Part shown: one piece after another, positions 19,240 through 29,192 of the stretch
Numbering within the stretch: position 1 is the first letter of the stretch
How the letters are laid out: each line of letters begins with the position of its first letter
Assembly (NCBI GenBank): GCA_963827685.1
Contig: CAWHBU010000003.1
Location: forward strand, 1,120,001 to 1,184,000
DNA length: 64,000 nucleotides
Direction of reading: 5' to 3'
Source: an uncultured delta proteobacterium
Lineage (GTDB): Bacteria > Desulfobacterota > BSN033 > UBA1163
Program-made: the position numbers and the translations under genes
The notes under the pieces: generated by a model
Databases searched by the model: none
The model's input: only the letters and a program-made list of their open reading frames with translations
Told to the model about the DNA's origin: nothing

Positions 19240-20629
19240 GATTCCCAGCGTGGACGAAATCCTTTCAAGACCTGAGATCGTAGATCTCTTGAAGGTCCAT
19301 CCCCGTCATGTCGTGGTTGAAGCCATCCGAGAAGGATTGGGGCGACTGCGCGAAGAAATTCTCCACAAAGAAGAAATCCCTCAATTAGGAGATGCCCTCT
19401 TCTCTTTCGAAAACCTTTATCCCCTCTTCCAAAAAGAGATTGACCTTCAAGTTCGGCCTCGGCTCCGCCGAGTTATTAATGCAACCGGAGTGGTGATCCA
19501 CACGAATCTGGGAAGAGCTCCGCTGCATCCTTCTGCGATTGAACACCTCGCCGAAGTCTCCAAGACCTATTCCAACCTGGAATATGATCTGGATCGAGGC
19601 GAACGGGGAAGTCGACACGGCCACGTGGAAGAAATTCTCTGCCGCCTCTCGGGTGCAGAATCAGCCTTGGTGGTGAACAACAATGCCGGGGCTGTCTTGC
19701 TTGTCTTAAATACTCTTGGAGAGGGTAAGGAGGTGATCGTCTCGAGAGGAGAACTGGTCGAAATCGGAGGAGCTTTTCGAATCCCCGATGTGATGAAACG
19801 AAGCGGGGCTTTACTCAGGGAGGTCGGGACGACCAATCGTACCCACTTCAACGATTACCAAAAGGCCATCGGCCCTCACACGGCTCTGCTTCTGAAGGTG
19901 CATACCAGTAATTTCAGAGTGATGGGGTTCACCTCCGAAGTCTCTCTGCAAGATCTGGTGCAACTGGGGAGGGAACATCAACTCCCTGTCGTGGATGATT
20001 TGGGAAGCGGCTGTCTAATAGACCTCACCCAATACGGATTGGAGAAGGAGCCTACTGTCCAGGAGACGATTAAAACAGGTGTGGATGCAGTCACCATAAG
20101 CGGTGATAAGCTTCTTGGAGGCCCACAGGCAGGAATCATTTTAGGGAAGAAAAAATTTTTGGACCTCTTCAAGATCAATCCCTTGACCCGAGCCCTTCGC
20201 ATCGACAAGCTCACCCTGGCTGCTCTTGAATCTACCCTCCTCCTCTATTTGGATGAGAAGAGGGCCATGGAAGAGATCCCGACCCTTCGGATGTTAAGTC
20301 TGGATACAAGGAGGTTAAAAAGGAGAGGAAAACGTCTGGTGAAAAGACTGTCGGGGGTGACGAATAAAAAGATGACGTTCACTCTGAAAGAAGATGTTTC
20401 TCAGGTGGGTGGTGGGGCCCTCCCTCTTCAGGAACTTCCAACCATAGTCGTTGCCGCCAAACCTCTCGAGGTGTCGGTGAACAGTCTCGAAGAAAATTTA
20501 AGGAGGGGTGATCCTCCCATCATTTCTCGAATCAGTAAAGAAGAATTGATCCTGGATATGAGGACCGTCTTCGATGAAGAAATCCCTCTTCTCGCTGCTG
20601 GAATTGAAAAAGCACTGAAGTGCCTTTAG
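19205..20629 (+). CDS. selA: L-seryl-tRNA(Sec) selenium transferase
   Basis: VINATGVVIHTNLGRA, SGDKLLGGPQAG, RALRIDK. Confidence 0.96.
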   Translation: MSPSLRQQVLRKIPSVDEILSRPEIVDLLKVHPRHVVVEAIREGLGRLREEILHKEEIPQLGDALFSFENLYPLFQKEIDLQVRPRLRRVINATGVVIHTNLGRAPLHPSAIEHLAEVSKTYSNLEYDLDRGERGSRHGHVEEILCRLSGAESALVVNNNAGAVLLVLNTLGEGKEVIVSRGELVEIGGAFRIPDVMKRSGALLREVGTTNRTHFNDYQKAIGPHTALLLKVHTSNFRVMGFTSEVSLQDLVQLGREHQLPVVDDLGSGCLIDLTQYGLEKEPTVQETIKTGVDAVTISGDKLLGGPQAGIILGKKKFLDLFKINPLTRALRIDKLTLAALESTLLLYLDEKRAMEEIPTLRMLSLDTRRLKRRGKRLVKRLSGVTNKKMTFTLKEDVSQVGGGALPLQELPTIVVAAKPLEVSVNSLEENLRRGDPPIISRISKEELILDMRTVFDEEIPLLAAGIEKALKCL

Positions 20630-21699
20630 CCGAAATGGCCCAGAATTGCATAAGAAACGGCTCACCAAATCCCCCCAACCCCCCTTTACTAAAGGGAGGA
20701 GAGGGGGGATTACACTTCTCCCTGCAGGTAGCAGCAAAGGATCAGGGGAAACGTCTCGATCAGTTCCTTGCAGAAACTAACCTGAACCTCTCCCGTTCTC
20801 AGGCAAAGCTTCTAATTCAGAAGCATCATATCCTTCTTAACCAAAAACCAGCTAAAGCCAGTGCCCATGTAAAAGCAGGCGATAGGATCTCAGGATCTCT
20901 TCCCGAGCCCGAACCCCTTTCTCTCAAACCCGAGCCCCTTCCTCTCACCATCCTTTATGAGGACTCATCCATCATCGTCGTGGACAAGCCTCCGGGCATG
21001 GTCGTCCATCCTGCTTATGGAAATCCTTCCGGCACATTGGTCAATGCCCTTCTTTATCACTGTAAAGATCTCGCTGGAATTAATGGCGTCTTGAGGCCGG
21101 GCATTGTGCATCGATTGGATAAGGATACTTCCGGTGTAATGGTCGTCGCTAAAGATGACGAGGCATTTCATCATTTGACCAAGCAGTTTAAGAACCGGAC
21201 TGTGAAAAAGATCTATGCGGCCATTGTCTATGGAAGATTCGGCCAGGACGAAGGCTTAATCGATTCGGCCATCGGAAGACATCCGGGTCAGAGGAAACGG
21301 ATGTCCACTCGGACTAAAAAAGGGAGGGCTGCGATCACCCGCTGGAAGAAGGTTGAGGAATTTGATAGCTGCGCTCTCCTTGAGATCATTCCTCAGACTG
21401 GTCGAACCCATCAGATCCGGGTGCATCTCTCCTCCATTGGTCATCCCCTTTTGGGAGACCCTTTATACGGAAGAAAAGGAAGACCTGGGGCAATCCACGA
21501 TCCAGTATTGAAAGAGTCTGTGAAGAGAATGAATCGTCAAGCCCTTCATGCCCAACGATTGGAATTCACCCACCCTCGAACAGGAGAAAGGGTTCAGTTT
21601 GTTTCACCGATCCCTCAAGATATGATGGAGGTGCTGGAGTGGTTGAGGTCACAGACCAAAAACTCCACCCTCTCCCTTGATGGGAGAGGGTGTGGGTGA
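20620..21699 (+). CDS. rluD: RluA/RluD-family pseudouridine synthase (start uncertain)
   Basis: S4 domain RLDQFL, GIVHRLDKDTSG, TGRTHQIRVH. Confidence 0.88.
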   Translation: MPLAEMAQNCIRNGSPNPPNPPLLKGGEGGLHFSLQVAAKDQGKRLDQFLAETNLNLSRSQAKLLIQKHHILLNQKPAKASAHVKAGDRISGSLPEPEPLSLKPEPLPLTILYEDSSIIVVDKPPGMVVHPAYGNPSGTLVNALLYHCKDLAGINGVLRPGIVHRLDKDTSGVMVVAKDDEAFHHLTKQFKNRTVKKIYAAIVYGRFGQDEGLIDSAIGRHPGQRKRMSTRTKKGRAAITRWKKVEEFDSCALLEIIPQTGRTHQIRVHLSSIGHPLLGDPLYGRKGRPGAIHDPVLKESVKRMNRQALHAQRLEFTHPRTGERVQFVSPIPQDMMEVLEWLRSQTKNSTLSLDGRGCG

Positions 21700-21794
21700 G
21701 GGTGAATAAATTTGTAGCGCTCCCATTCATTGGGGGCGACAGAACATAGCGTCGGCAATAAATGCCGACGCTATGTTCTTCTATAAACTGTAAA

Positions 21795-22592
21795 ATGAAA
21801 ATTTCTGACTTATCTTCTCTTAAGACAAAAAACAACCTCCCTTATTTCGAAAGTCCAGAAATTGCGAAATTGGAATGGGTTCAACATGCCTTTCTAACTC
21901 GCCAGGGAGGAGTGAGTTTTCCCCCTTATAATTCGCTCAATGTGAGCGATAAGAACGGCGATCAGAAAGAATTTGTATCTAAGAATGAGAATATAATTGT
22001 GAGAGCCTTTGGATTTGAGACGAGCCGTTTGATTCTGCTCGATCAAATGCATCAGGATCAGATCCTTCTCCTGGGAAAACCGATCACCACCCTCCCCTCA
22101 ATTTTAGAATACGATGCTTTCATTACGAACTCCCCGAACGCATTTCTTGGCATCCTCACTGCGGATTGCCTCCCCATCTTCGTTGTTGATTCAAAGAAGA
22201 AAGTGGTTGCTGCTGTTCATGCTGGGAGGCAGGGCACCACCCTCCATATCACGGCAAAGGTTTTAAGAAAAATGGAAGAGGAGTTTGACTGCTCATCAAA
22301 AGACCTCGTCATCACTCTGGGTCCATCTATTGGACCCTGTTGTTATGAAATTGATGCGGAGGTCTTTCATCCGGAGTGGGAACCCTATTCAACCTTAAGA
22401 GGTGTGGGAAAGTGGATGGTGGATCTGGCTAAGATCAATATCGCTCAGATGGAGAGAGAAGGAATTAAGAAAGAACAAATTTCGTCGATCAATCTCTGCA
22501 CCCGTTGCCATAGCGACCTTTTCTTTTCCTACCGGAAAGAAGGCCGAACCGGAAGACAACTCTCGTTTATTGGAATCGTAGAACCGAAATGA
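21795..22592 (+). CDS. pgeF: PgeF/YfiH family protein
   Basis: TRQGGVS, LTADCLP, HAG, GPSIGPCCYE, FFSYR. Confidence 0.88.
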   Translation: MKISDLSSLKTKNNLPYFESPEIAKLEWVQHAFLTRQGGVSFPPYNSLNVSDKNGDQKEFVSKNENIIVRAFGFETSRLILLDQMHQDQILLLGKPITTLPSILEYDAFITNSPNAFLGILTADCLPIFVVDSKKKVVAAVHAGRQGTTLHITAKVLRKMEEEFDCSSKDLVITLGPSIGPCCYEIDAEVFHPEWEPYSTLRGVGKWMVDLAKINIAQMEREGIKKEQISSINLCTRCHSDLFFSYRKEGRTGRQLSFIGIVEPK

Positions 22593-22725
22593 CAAATTAC
22601 AAATTCCAAATCTCAAATAAATTCCAAGCACCAATTTCAAATGACCAAAACGATTTTGTTTGAGATTTCGAATTTGGCTTATTGGAATTTATTTGTTATT
22701 TGGTGCTTGTGATTTGGTGCTTATT
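22590..22725. repeat. Low-complexity CAAAT(T/C)(C/A)-type heptamer inverted repeat
   Basis: CAAATTACAAATTCCAAAT...ATTTGGTGCTTGTGATTTGGTGCTT; similar copies at about 25010-25190 and 28997-29130. Confidence 0.7.
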
Positions 22726-22745
22726 TCTAAAAAAGACGTGAAAAA

Positions 22746-22997
22746 ATGAAAGAAGTCTTTCTCAAAGTCTATCTCCAGCCCAAATCCTCAAAAAATGAGA
22801 TGGTGGGCCCCTATCGAGACGGGATCAAGGTGAAGGTGACTGCCCCGCCCATTGAGGGAAAGGCGAATGAGGCCCTCATTAAATTTTTAGCTAAGGAATT
22901 CAAGATTTCCGCATCCTCCATAGAAATTCTTAGAGGCCACAATTCTCGGGAAAAAATTATGAGGATTGGAGGTAATGTTAAGGTCAGGCATTCGTAA
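22746..22997 (+). CDS. DUF167 (YggU) family protein
   Basis: VTAPPIEGKANEALIKFLA. Confidence 0.88.
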   Translation: MKEVFLKVYLQPKSSKNEMVGPYRDGIKVKVTAPPIEGKANEALIKFLAKEFKISASSIEILRGHNSREKIMRIGGNVKVRHS

Positions 22998-23094
22998 AAA
23001 GTTATTTCTTTTAACAACACCTGACCTCATTTTTAACCGAAACCTATTCCGACATCCCCATATTCCGTATGGGTAGTCTAAAGCGACAACTTTT

Positions 23095-23646
23095 TTAATT
23101 CATCTGTTTCTCCATCGAATGGGATCGTATATAATAAGTCCCCGTCCTTGAATATCCATCATATCGCAATCCCATCGTTGCATCCTTACCAATCCATAAA
23201 TACTCCTCTTTGTTACTAAATGGCTTTGCTCCCACCCCAAATTTCTCAAAGACGGACTCTTTTAAAGCATCCCAATCGGAAGCCTGTTCTGTCATAACCA
23301 TTCCAACATAAAACTTGCCTCTCCAAAAACCATATTGGATGGGTATCGGCTTCCCATCTCTTAGTTTGTACCCATCGCCCGTTCTTAAATAAAAATCTAT
23401 GCCCCCATGGCTCGAGTCTTTTCTGTAAAGTCTCATCTCTTTGAGAGTTGACAACTCTGTCTCCCATTTGATCCCATCAAATCCCGCTGGCTCTAAACCA
23501 GGCTTGAAACTAACGAGCTTGCAGTTCTCGTTGGGTAAATAGGTCGGAATGTAGCTTGTATCGCTGGATAAATAGTAGCGACTTTCGGCACAACCCATGA
23601 CCATTACCAGAGAGAAAGAAATCAAAATGCCAATTAATGCTTTCAT
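23095..23646 (-). CDS. Hypothetical lipoprotein
   Basis: Lipobox-like VMGC after a hydrophobic stretch; GGAGG RBS. Confidence 0.7.
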   Translation of the reverse strand: MKALIGILISFSLVMVMGCAESRYYLSSDTSYIPTYLPNENCKLVSFKPGLEPAGFDGIKWETELSTLKEMRLYRKDSSHGGIDFYLRTGDGYKLRDGKPIPIQYGFWRGKFYVGMVMTEQASDWDALKESVFEKFGVGAKPFSNKEEYLWIGKDATMGLRYDGYSRTGTYYIRSHSMEKQMN

Positions 23647-23950
23647 GCTTTGCCTCCTTTTTGTTTTTCTATGGTGTGAATTGTGAAATCAACTTAAGAT
23701 ATGAGAACAGAATCTTCAATATTGTTTCCTCAAGAAATGTGCCAAAGTCCATGTAATTTTTAGGCGGAACCTCAATATGATTGATATTTAAGTGTGATAA
23801 TTAATGTAAGATGCAGCGTTCTCTCATCTTTCAGAAGAAGTCTTCATGTCCATTTTTGTCTGGTGGTATGACAAAATTGTAATCATTAATGATGAATGAA
23901 TAGATGCAACTATCTTGACTTTAAAAAGAAAATCCCTTAGGTTATAGTTT

Positions 23951-24044
23951 GGAAGTGGAAAGGTTCTGGTGGGCCTCCTGGACTTCAAATCCAGTGACGG
24001 GCAGAGATGTCCGTGGTGGGTTCGATTCCCATGCACTTCCGCCA
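23951..24044 (+). tRNA. selC: tRNA-Sec (TCA)
   Basis: GGAAGTG...CTGGACTTCAAATCCAG, long variable arm, GTTCGATTC, CACTTCCGCCA. Confidence 0.95.
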
Positions 24045-24200
24045 GTTCAGAAAGCAAAGCGCAAAAAGCACGGCCCGTGGTGTGACAACATGAAAGTTCG
24101 TGGAGTCTGCCTTCTGCCGCTTTAAATAAAAGCGTGAAGTAAATTTGTGTCTGGTATAATGATCCGAAATCAAGTATCATGATCTAAAAAGGAGAAAAAG

Positions 24201-24395
24201 ATGCTTGGAGGAATAGGAATGCCGGAGTTGATCGTCATCTTGGTCATCGTTCTAATCATTTTTGGTGCCGGAAAATTGCCTCAGATCGGCGAAGGGCTCG
24301 GCAAGGGGATTAGAAACTTCAAAAAGGCGACCAAGGATAAAGAGGAAATCGACGTCACTCCGAAAAAGCCCGAAGAGATTTCTGAAAAAAAGTGA
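24201..24395 (+). CDS. tatA: Twin-arginine translocase TatA/TatE
   Basis: [23 protein letters not shown]. Confidence 0.92.
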   Translation: MLGGIGMPELIVILVIVLIIFGAGKLPQIGEGLGKGIRNFKKATKDKEEIDVTPKKPEEISEKK

Positions 24396-24523
24396 ACCCT
24401 GCACTATCTCTAAATCCGCAGGACTTTGAATATCTTCATCAAGCTGCACTTCATCCAAGTCCCAAGAAAGCTGTTATAGAAGGTGCGGGGTGAACAGTCG
24501 AGTGCTTTTTACCCCCGATCAGA

Positions 24524-25009
24524 ATGGGACACATTGCCTACATTGGGATTGGCTCTAACCTTGGCGACAAGCTATCCCAATGTGAAAAAGCTATTTCAGA
24601 GATTTTAAAAATTGACCGCCACAAACTCTTAGCAAGATCTTCCCTCTTTAAGACGCAGCCCATGGGCTACACCCCGCAGGATTGGTTTGTGAACGGAGTG
24701 TTAAAAATCGAGACCGATCTGGAGGCCCCTGAACTTTTCCGGACATTGAAGGCGATCGAATCCAAGTTGGGTCGTATGGAAACGTTTCGATGGGGACCCC
24801 GAACGATTGATCTGGATATCCTCTTCTTCGATGATATGGAAATTCACACAGAAGAACTCCACATCCCCCACCCCCAAATTCAAAATCGCCAATTTGTCCT
24901 CATCCCCTTGGCTGAAATCGATCGAAATCTCATCCATCCCGTTTTAAAAAAAACCATCCAAGAGCTTTTAAGCAATTTAAAGGAAGATCAGGGGGTAGAA
25001 AGGCTTTGA
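24524..25009 (+). CDS. folK: HPPK, 2-amino-4-hydroxy-6-hydroxymethyldihydropteridine diphosphokinase
   Basis: IGSNLG, RWGPRTIDLDIL, IPHP. Confidence 0.94.
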   Translation: MGHIAYIGIGSNLGDKLSQCEKAISEILKIDRHKLLARSSLFKTQPMGYTPQDWFVNGVLKIETDLEAPELFRTLKAIESKLGRMETFRWGPRTIDLDILFFDDMEIHTEELHIPHPQIQNRQFVLIPLAEIDRNLIHPVLKKTIQELLSNLKEDQGVERL

Positions 25010-25238
25010 ATCCAAAATCACAAATTCCAAATCCCAAATAAGCTCCAAATTCCAAATCACCAAGACGATTTTGCTTGAGATTCGGAATTCGGATTATTGG
25101 AAATTGTTTGTTATCCCTGAACCTGTCAGGAACAGGTTTGATGCTTGCCCTGCACCATATTAGGTACAGGGCTTGGGATTTGGTGCTTTTCTTTGACACA
25201 GGGAATATAACAAAATAATTATCGATACTGAGTTGATC

Positions 25239-25481
25239 ATGTCTCGTTTGATTTTATTTATCCTGCTTTTTCTCCTCCTTTACACGATTCTTCGCTACCT
25301 TATGAAAAAAATGCTTATACAGAGAAAAACATTATCTGAGCCGGAAGAACTTGTTCAAGATCCCCATTGCCAAACCTATATCCCAAAGCGAATTGCCGTT
25401 AGGAAAAAAGTGAAGGGAAGAGATTATTATTTTTGCAATAAGGAATGTCTAAGAAAATTTCTTGAAGAAAAGAAGTCTTAA
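25239..25481 (+). CDS. YHS/TRASH-domain small membrane protein
   Basis: LVQDPHCQTYIP...YYFCNKEC. Confidence 0.8.
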   Translation: MSRLILFILLFLLLYTILRYLMKKMLIQRKTLSEPEELVQDPHCQTYIPKRIAVRKKVKGRDYYFCNKECLRKFLEEKKS

Positions 25482-25733
25482 AAAAACCAAAGCTCGAGCA
25501 CGGAGATTCAGGCAAAAATACAGCCTCTTATCCCCCTAAATGCAGAATAGACTTTATTTATTTCTCAGATCCCTTAGGATAACTTTTACCTGTTAGCACC
25601 CAAGAGCACAAAAGTGTTGACAACCTCAAACATGTTCGATATTGTAAATGATCAGGGGGTTCGGTTTGATATAATTGGGAAGGGGGTGAATCCAGGGAGG
25701 TCGGTTTGATAAAATTTGAAAGGGGGTGGATCT

Positions 25734-26030
25734 ATGAATAAAAGGGTTGGGAAATTTCTCGTGGTTTTTGTTCTTTTCTCCTTTGCTCTCTCAGGATGCT
25801 ATTATTTCAGCGCCACGAAGGAAATGAAGGCTGCTGAGCAATCGCTTGCTGAATTGAAGGCAGCAGGAGGAGCGACACTGGTTCCTTATGAATATACCAG
25901 TGCCGAAAAGTTTTTAGAGGTCTCCAAAATAGAATTTAGTGAACCTGGTTATAAACCCGCAGCAGAATTTGCAAGGCGCTCAAAAGCCGCTTCGCAAGCA
26001 GGTTTAGCTGAAATCCAAAAGAAAAAATAG
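25734..26030 (+). CDS. Small helical lipoprotein (DUF4398-like)
   Basis: LSGC lipobox; PYEYTSAE; paired with an OmpA gene. Confidence 0.65.
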   Translation: MNKRVGKFLVVFVLFSFALSGCYYFSATKEMKAAEQSLAELKAAGGATLVPYEYTSAEKFLEVSKIEFSEPGYKPAAEFARRSKAASQAGLAEIQKKK

Positions 26031-26054
26031 CCCGTAAAAGAGGGGAGGTGAAGT

Positions 26055-26771
26055 ATGGATATGGAAAGGAAATGGATGACTTTGATACTTCTCATTCTAG
26101 GAGCAATGATTGCTTCAGGATGTGCAGTGAGCAATGAATCGATGATGGCCTATAACGAAGCGAAAGAACTTTTCCAAAAAGCTACTGTAGCCGGTGCAAA
26201 GAAGTGTGCACCGGTTCAATATGCTACTGCTGAGGCATATCTGGCTTTGGCTGACCACGAAATAGGAGAAAGAGATGATACGAGTGATTTAAAACTAGCC
26301 ATTGAAGTGGTCAAAGGCAAATCCTTAGAAGCCCTTAAACTTACGCCTTGTGAAAAAACGGCTCCACCGCCACCACCACCCAAACCTGCACCGCCAACGC
26401 CAGCACCACCGGCTCCACCGCCACCGAAGCCAGCTCCGGTATTTGAAAACGTCTATTTTAATGAGAGAAAGACGAATGTCGATCCTTTAGCTGCTAAAGC
26501 TTTGGATCGAGACGGGATGATTCTGAAGGAGAATCCGAATATCAAAGTTGAAATCGGAGGTCATACGGATTCCTTAGGTTCGGAGAAGGTGAACCAGAAG
26601 ATTTCGGAAAAGAGGGCGGAAAGCGCCAAGAAATATATTATGGATAAATTCAACATTTCAGGCGACCGAATGATCGTCAAGGGCTATGGAAGCAAAAAAC
26701 CCATTGCTGACGACAAGACGAAAGAGGGTCGCGCCAAAAACAGGAGAGTAGAATTTAAAGTCATTCCATAA
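26055..26771 (+). CDS. OmpA-family lipoprotein
   Basis: ASGC lipobox, Pro-rich linker, GHTDS, NRRVEF. Confidence 0.9.
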   Translation: MDMERKWMTLILLILGAMIASGCAVSNESMMAYNEAKELFQKATVAGAKKCAPVQYATAEAYLALADHEIGERDDTSDLKLAIEVVKGKSLEALKLTPCEKTAPPPPPPKPAPPTPAPPAPPPPKPAPVFENVYFNERKTNVDPLAAKALDRDGMILKENPNIKVEIGGHTDSLGSEKVNQKISEKRAESAKKYIMDKFNISGDRMIVKGYGSKKPIADDKTKEGRAKNRRVEFKVIP

Positions 26772-26860
26772 ATGCATCTGTTTATGGGTGGAAGATTGAC
26801 GTGAAGGTGGTAGGGAAAAATTTCCTACCACCTATTTTTTATCGAACCTGGAGGATCAGA

Positions 26861-27511
26861 ATGAAATTCTTTATCGACACAGCCAACCCCGGCGAGATCC
26901 GGAAGGCTCACGAGATGGGAGTGATCGATGGCGTCACCACCAATCCCACCCTGATCTCCAAGGAAAACAGAGATTTTATACCTCTGATCAAAGAGATTTG
27001 TGAGATCATCCAAGGACTTCCCATCAGCTTGGAGGTCATAAGTCTAAAGGCTGAAGGAATGGTCGAAGAAGCCCGAAACCTTGCCGAGATGGGAGAAAAC
27101 ATCGTGGTCAAAATCCCTATGACGACAGAAGGCCTAAAAGCGATCAAAGTATTGGTGGCGGAGGAGATTAAGACGAACACGACTCTCGTCTTTTCCCCAA
27201 CCCAGGCCCTACTCGCTGCCAAGGCTGGAACGACTTATGTCAGCCCCTTCATCGGAAGATTAGACGATATCTCACAGACGGGAATGGACCTCGTGGGACA
27301 AATTGTGACGATTTTTAAAAATTATGGATTTGGATCGAAAGTGATCGTCTCCAGCATCCGCCATCCTATTCATGTCATGGAAGCAGCCCTCATTGGAGCG
27401 GATGTGGCGACAATTCCCTATAAAGTGATTGAGCAGTTGGCTCAGCACCCTCTGACGGATATTGGCATCGAAAAGTTTTTGGCAGACTGGAGGAAGGTTC
27501 CTAAAAAATGA
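26861..27511 (+). CDS. tal: Transaldolase / fructose-6-phosphate aldolase
   Basis: [31 protein letters not shown]. Confidence 0.88.
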   Translation: MKFFIDTANPGEIRKAHEMGVIDGVTTNPTLISKENRDFIPLIKEICEIIQGLPISLEVISLKAEGMVEEARNLAEMGENIVVKIPMTTEGLKAIKVLVAEEIKTNTTLVFSPTQALLAAKAGTTYVSPFIGRLDDISQTGMDLVGQIVTIFKNYGFGSKVIVSSIRHPIHVMEAALIGADVATIPYKVIEQLAQHPLTDIGIEKFLADWRKVPKK

Positions 27512-27714
27512 AGCCTCCCACCCCAAAAGGTAGGGCTTCCGGGTAAGGTAATGATATTAAGATTGTCCCGCCTATGGGCGGAACTCGCCCGCAAAAAAGG
27601 GGCCCTTGGAAATTGGGCCCTCTTGTATGACCACGGATCACGCCTGCCTGCCGGTAAGCAGGGGCACGCCTGCGTGCCGTAACGCAGGCACTTCGGCGTG
27701 CAGGCACGGTCACG

Positions 27715-28158
27715 TTATTTGGATTCCACCGCGATCTGTTTGGGTTGAATATCTTGTTTTCTGGGGAGGACAACCCGGAGCACTCCGTCTTTGTAAGAAG
27801 CCTTCACTCCCTCTTCATCGATCGTTTTCGGAATGCTGAATGTCCGGCGAAAGGTCCCATAAGGTCTTTCAATCTGGATGTAATTCTCTTCAGAGGACTC
27901 CTTAACAAACTTTCTTTCTCCTTGAATGATCAAGGTGCTCTCTTCTACTCTAATATCGATCTCATTTTGCGTCACTTCGGGAAGGTCCACTTTCAATACC
28001 ACTTCGTTCCCTCTCTCCAAAATATCCACAGGAGGAGACCAAACGCCATGGACAACATCCTCTTTCCAAATACGGGAAAGAGTTTCGTCGATGAGCCGGG
28101 TCATCCGGTCTTGCATTGCCATCAGGTCTCGGAAGGGTTCCCATTTTACCAGGGTCAT
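27715..28158 (-). CDS. Hsp20/alpha-crystallin protein
   Basis: WEPFRD, PPVDI, ERPYGTFRR, ASYKDGVL. Confidence 0.9.
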   Translation of the reverse strand: MTLVKWEPFRDLMAMQDRMTRLIDETLSRIWKEDVVHGVWSPPVDILERGNEVVLKVDLPEVTQNEIDIRVEESTLIIQGERKFVKESSEENYIQIERPYGTFRRTFSIPKTIDEEGVKASYKDGVLRVVLPRKQDIQPKQIAVESK

Positions 28159-28219
28159 ACCCGTCACCTCCTAAAAGACAGGCCCTTTGTTTTTAATATA
28201 CTCGAATTAGGCAGAGATT

Positions 28220-28933
28220 TCAAGTCCGACAGGTGTAGCAGACATCAAAAAAATCTCTCGAGAGTTTGGCCTGCTCTTTGAACTTCTCCAGCTGAAACCA
28301 GGGGGCGAAATAGTTCCCGCAGATTTTGCATTGTTTCATCTTCAATGTCCGCTTCCAACGGACGATCGTACGTTCATCCCCCTCCTCCTTCATCCGGATG
28401 ACATCCACAGGACAGACGATCACACAGGCACCGCAAGCGATACAGCTCATCGCTTCTCCTTGAAAGGGAGGAATCATCTCCCTTCGATCTCCTCGAAAAG
28501 CAAATTGGATGGCATTGGCTCCTACGACTTCGTCACAGACCCTTCCACAAAGGCCGCAGAGAATACAGTCTTTATCTTCTTTCTTGAATCGAACTTCATG
28601 GACTCCCATCGCTTTTGCCATATCCTGAATGAGTTGATCTCCCGGGCACATGGCCAGAATAAGCTCGATGATCATTCGACGGGCTCGCAGGACTTTTTCC
28701 GTTCTTGTCAACACCTCAATGCCTTCCATCACGGGGTAGGTGCAGGAAGTGGTCATCTTTGACCTTCCCCTCTTCACCACTTCCACAAGACAGAGACGGC
28801 AGGCGCCATAAGACTTGACTGACTCATGATAACAAAGGTGTGGAATGTCAATACCCGCATCCAAGGCCACTTCTAAAACATTCCCGCCTTCTCTTCCTTC
28901 AACAGATTGACCATCAATCATAAAGGGAACCAT
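28220..28933 (-). CDS. 2Fe-2S/4Fe-4S protein (NuoG/HydA N-terminal-like, no catalytic domain)
   Basis: IPHLC...GACRLCLVE, CILCGLCGRVC, CIACGACVIVCP, extra CxxC...CxxC. Confidence 0.85.
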   Translation of the reverse strand: MVPFMIDGQSVEGREGGNVLEVALDAGIDIPHLCYHESVKSYGACRLCLVEVVKRGRSKMTTSCTYPVMEGIEVLTRTEKVLRARRMIIELILAMCPGDQLIQDMAKAMGVHEVRFKKEDKDCILCGLCGRVCDEVVGANAIQFAFRGDRREMIPPFQGEAMSCIACGACVIVCPVDVIRMKEEGDERTIVRWKRTLKMKQCKICGNYFAPWFQLEKFKEQAKLSRDFFDVCYTCRT

Positions 28934-29192
28934 CGTAAATTCCTCCTAATCTAGCCTAATCTTATCTATCAAGGTTTCAAAACTTCGATCTAAGATCCCA
29001 AATTCCAAATTACAAATTCCAAACAAATTCTAAATTCCAATTTCAAATGACCCAAAATATCTACTTTGGGAATTTTGAATTTTGGTTATTGGGATTTGTT
29101 TGTTCATTGGTGCTTGGAATTTGGTGCTTATCTCCGTTCGTTGTAGATCACAGCGACTAACTCTTGAAAATAGCCATTAAATTCACAAGATC

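Noticed and set aside
23824-24180. ORFs over tRNA regions (also 39212-39490 and 40136-40819)
   Set aside because: They overlap clear tRNA genes.
25650-25720. Imperfect direct repeat CAGGG.G.TCGGTTTGATA upstream of the lipoprotein gene
   Set aside because: Only two short copies; it could be a regulator site, but nothing else supports a call.
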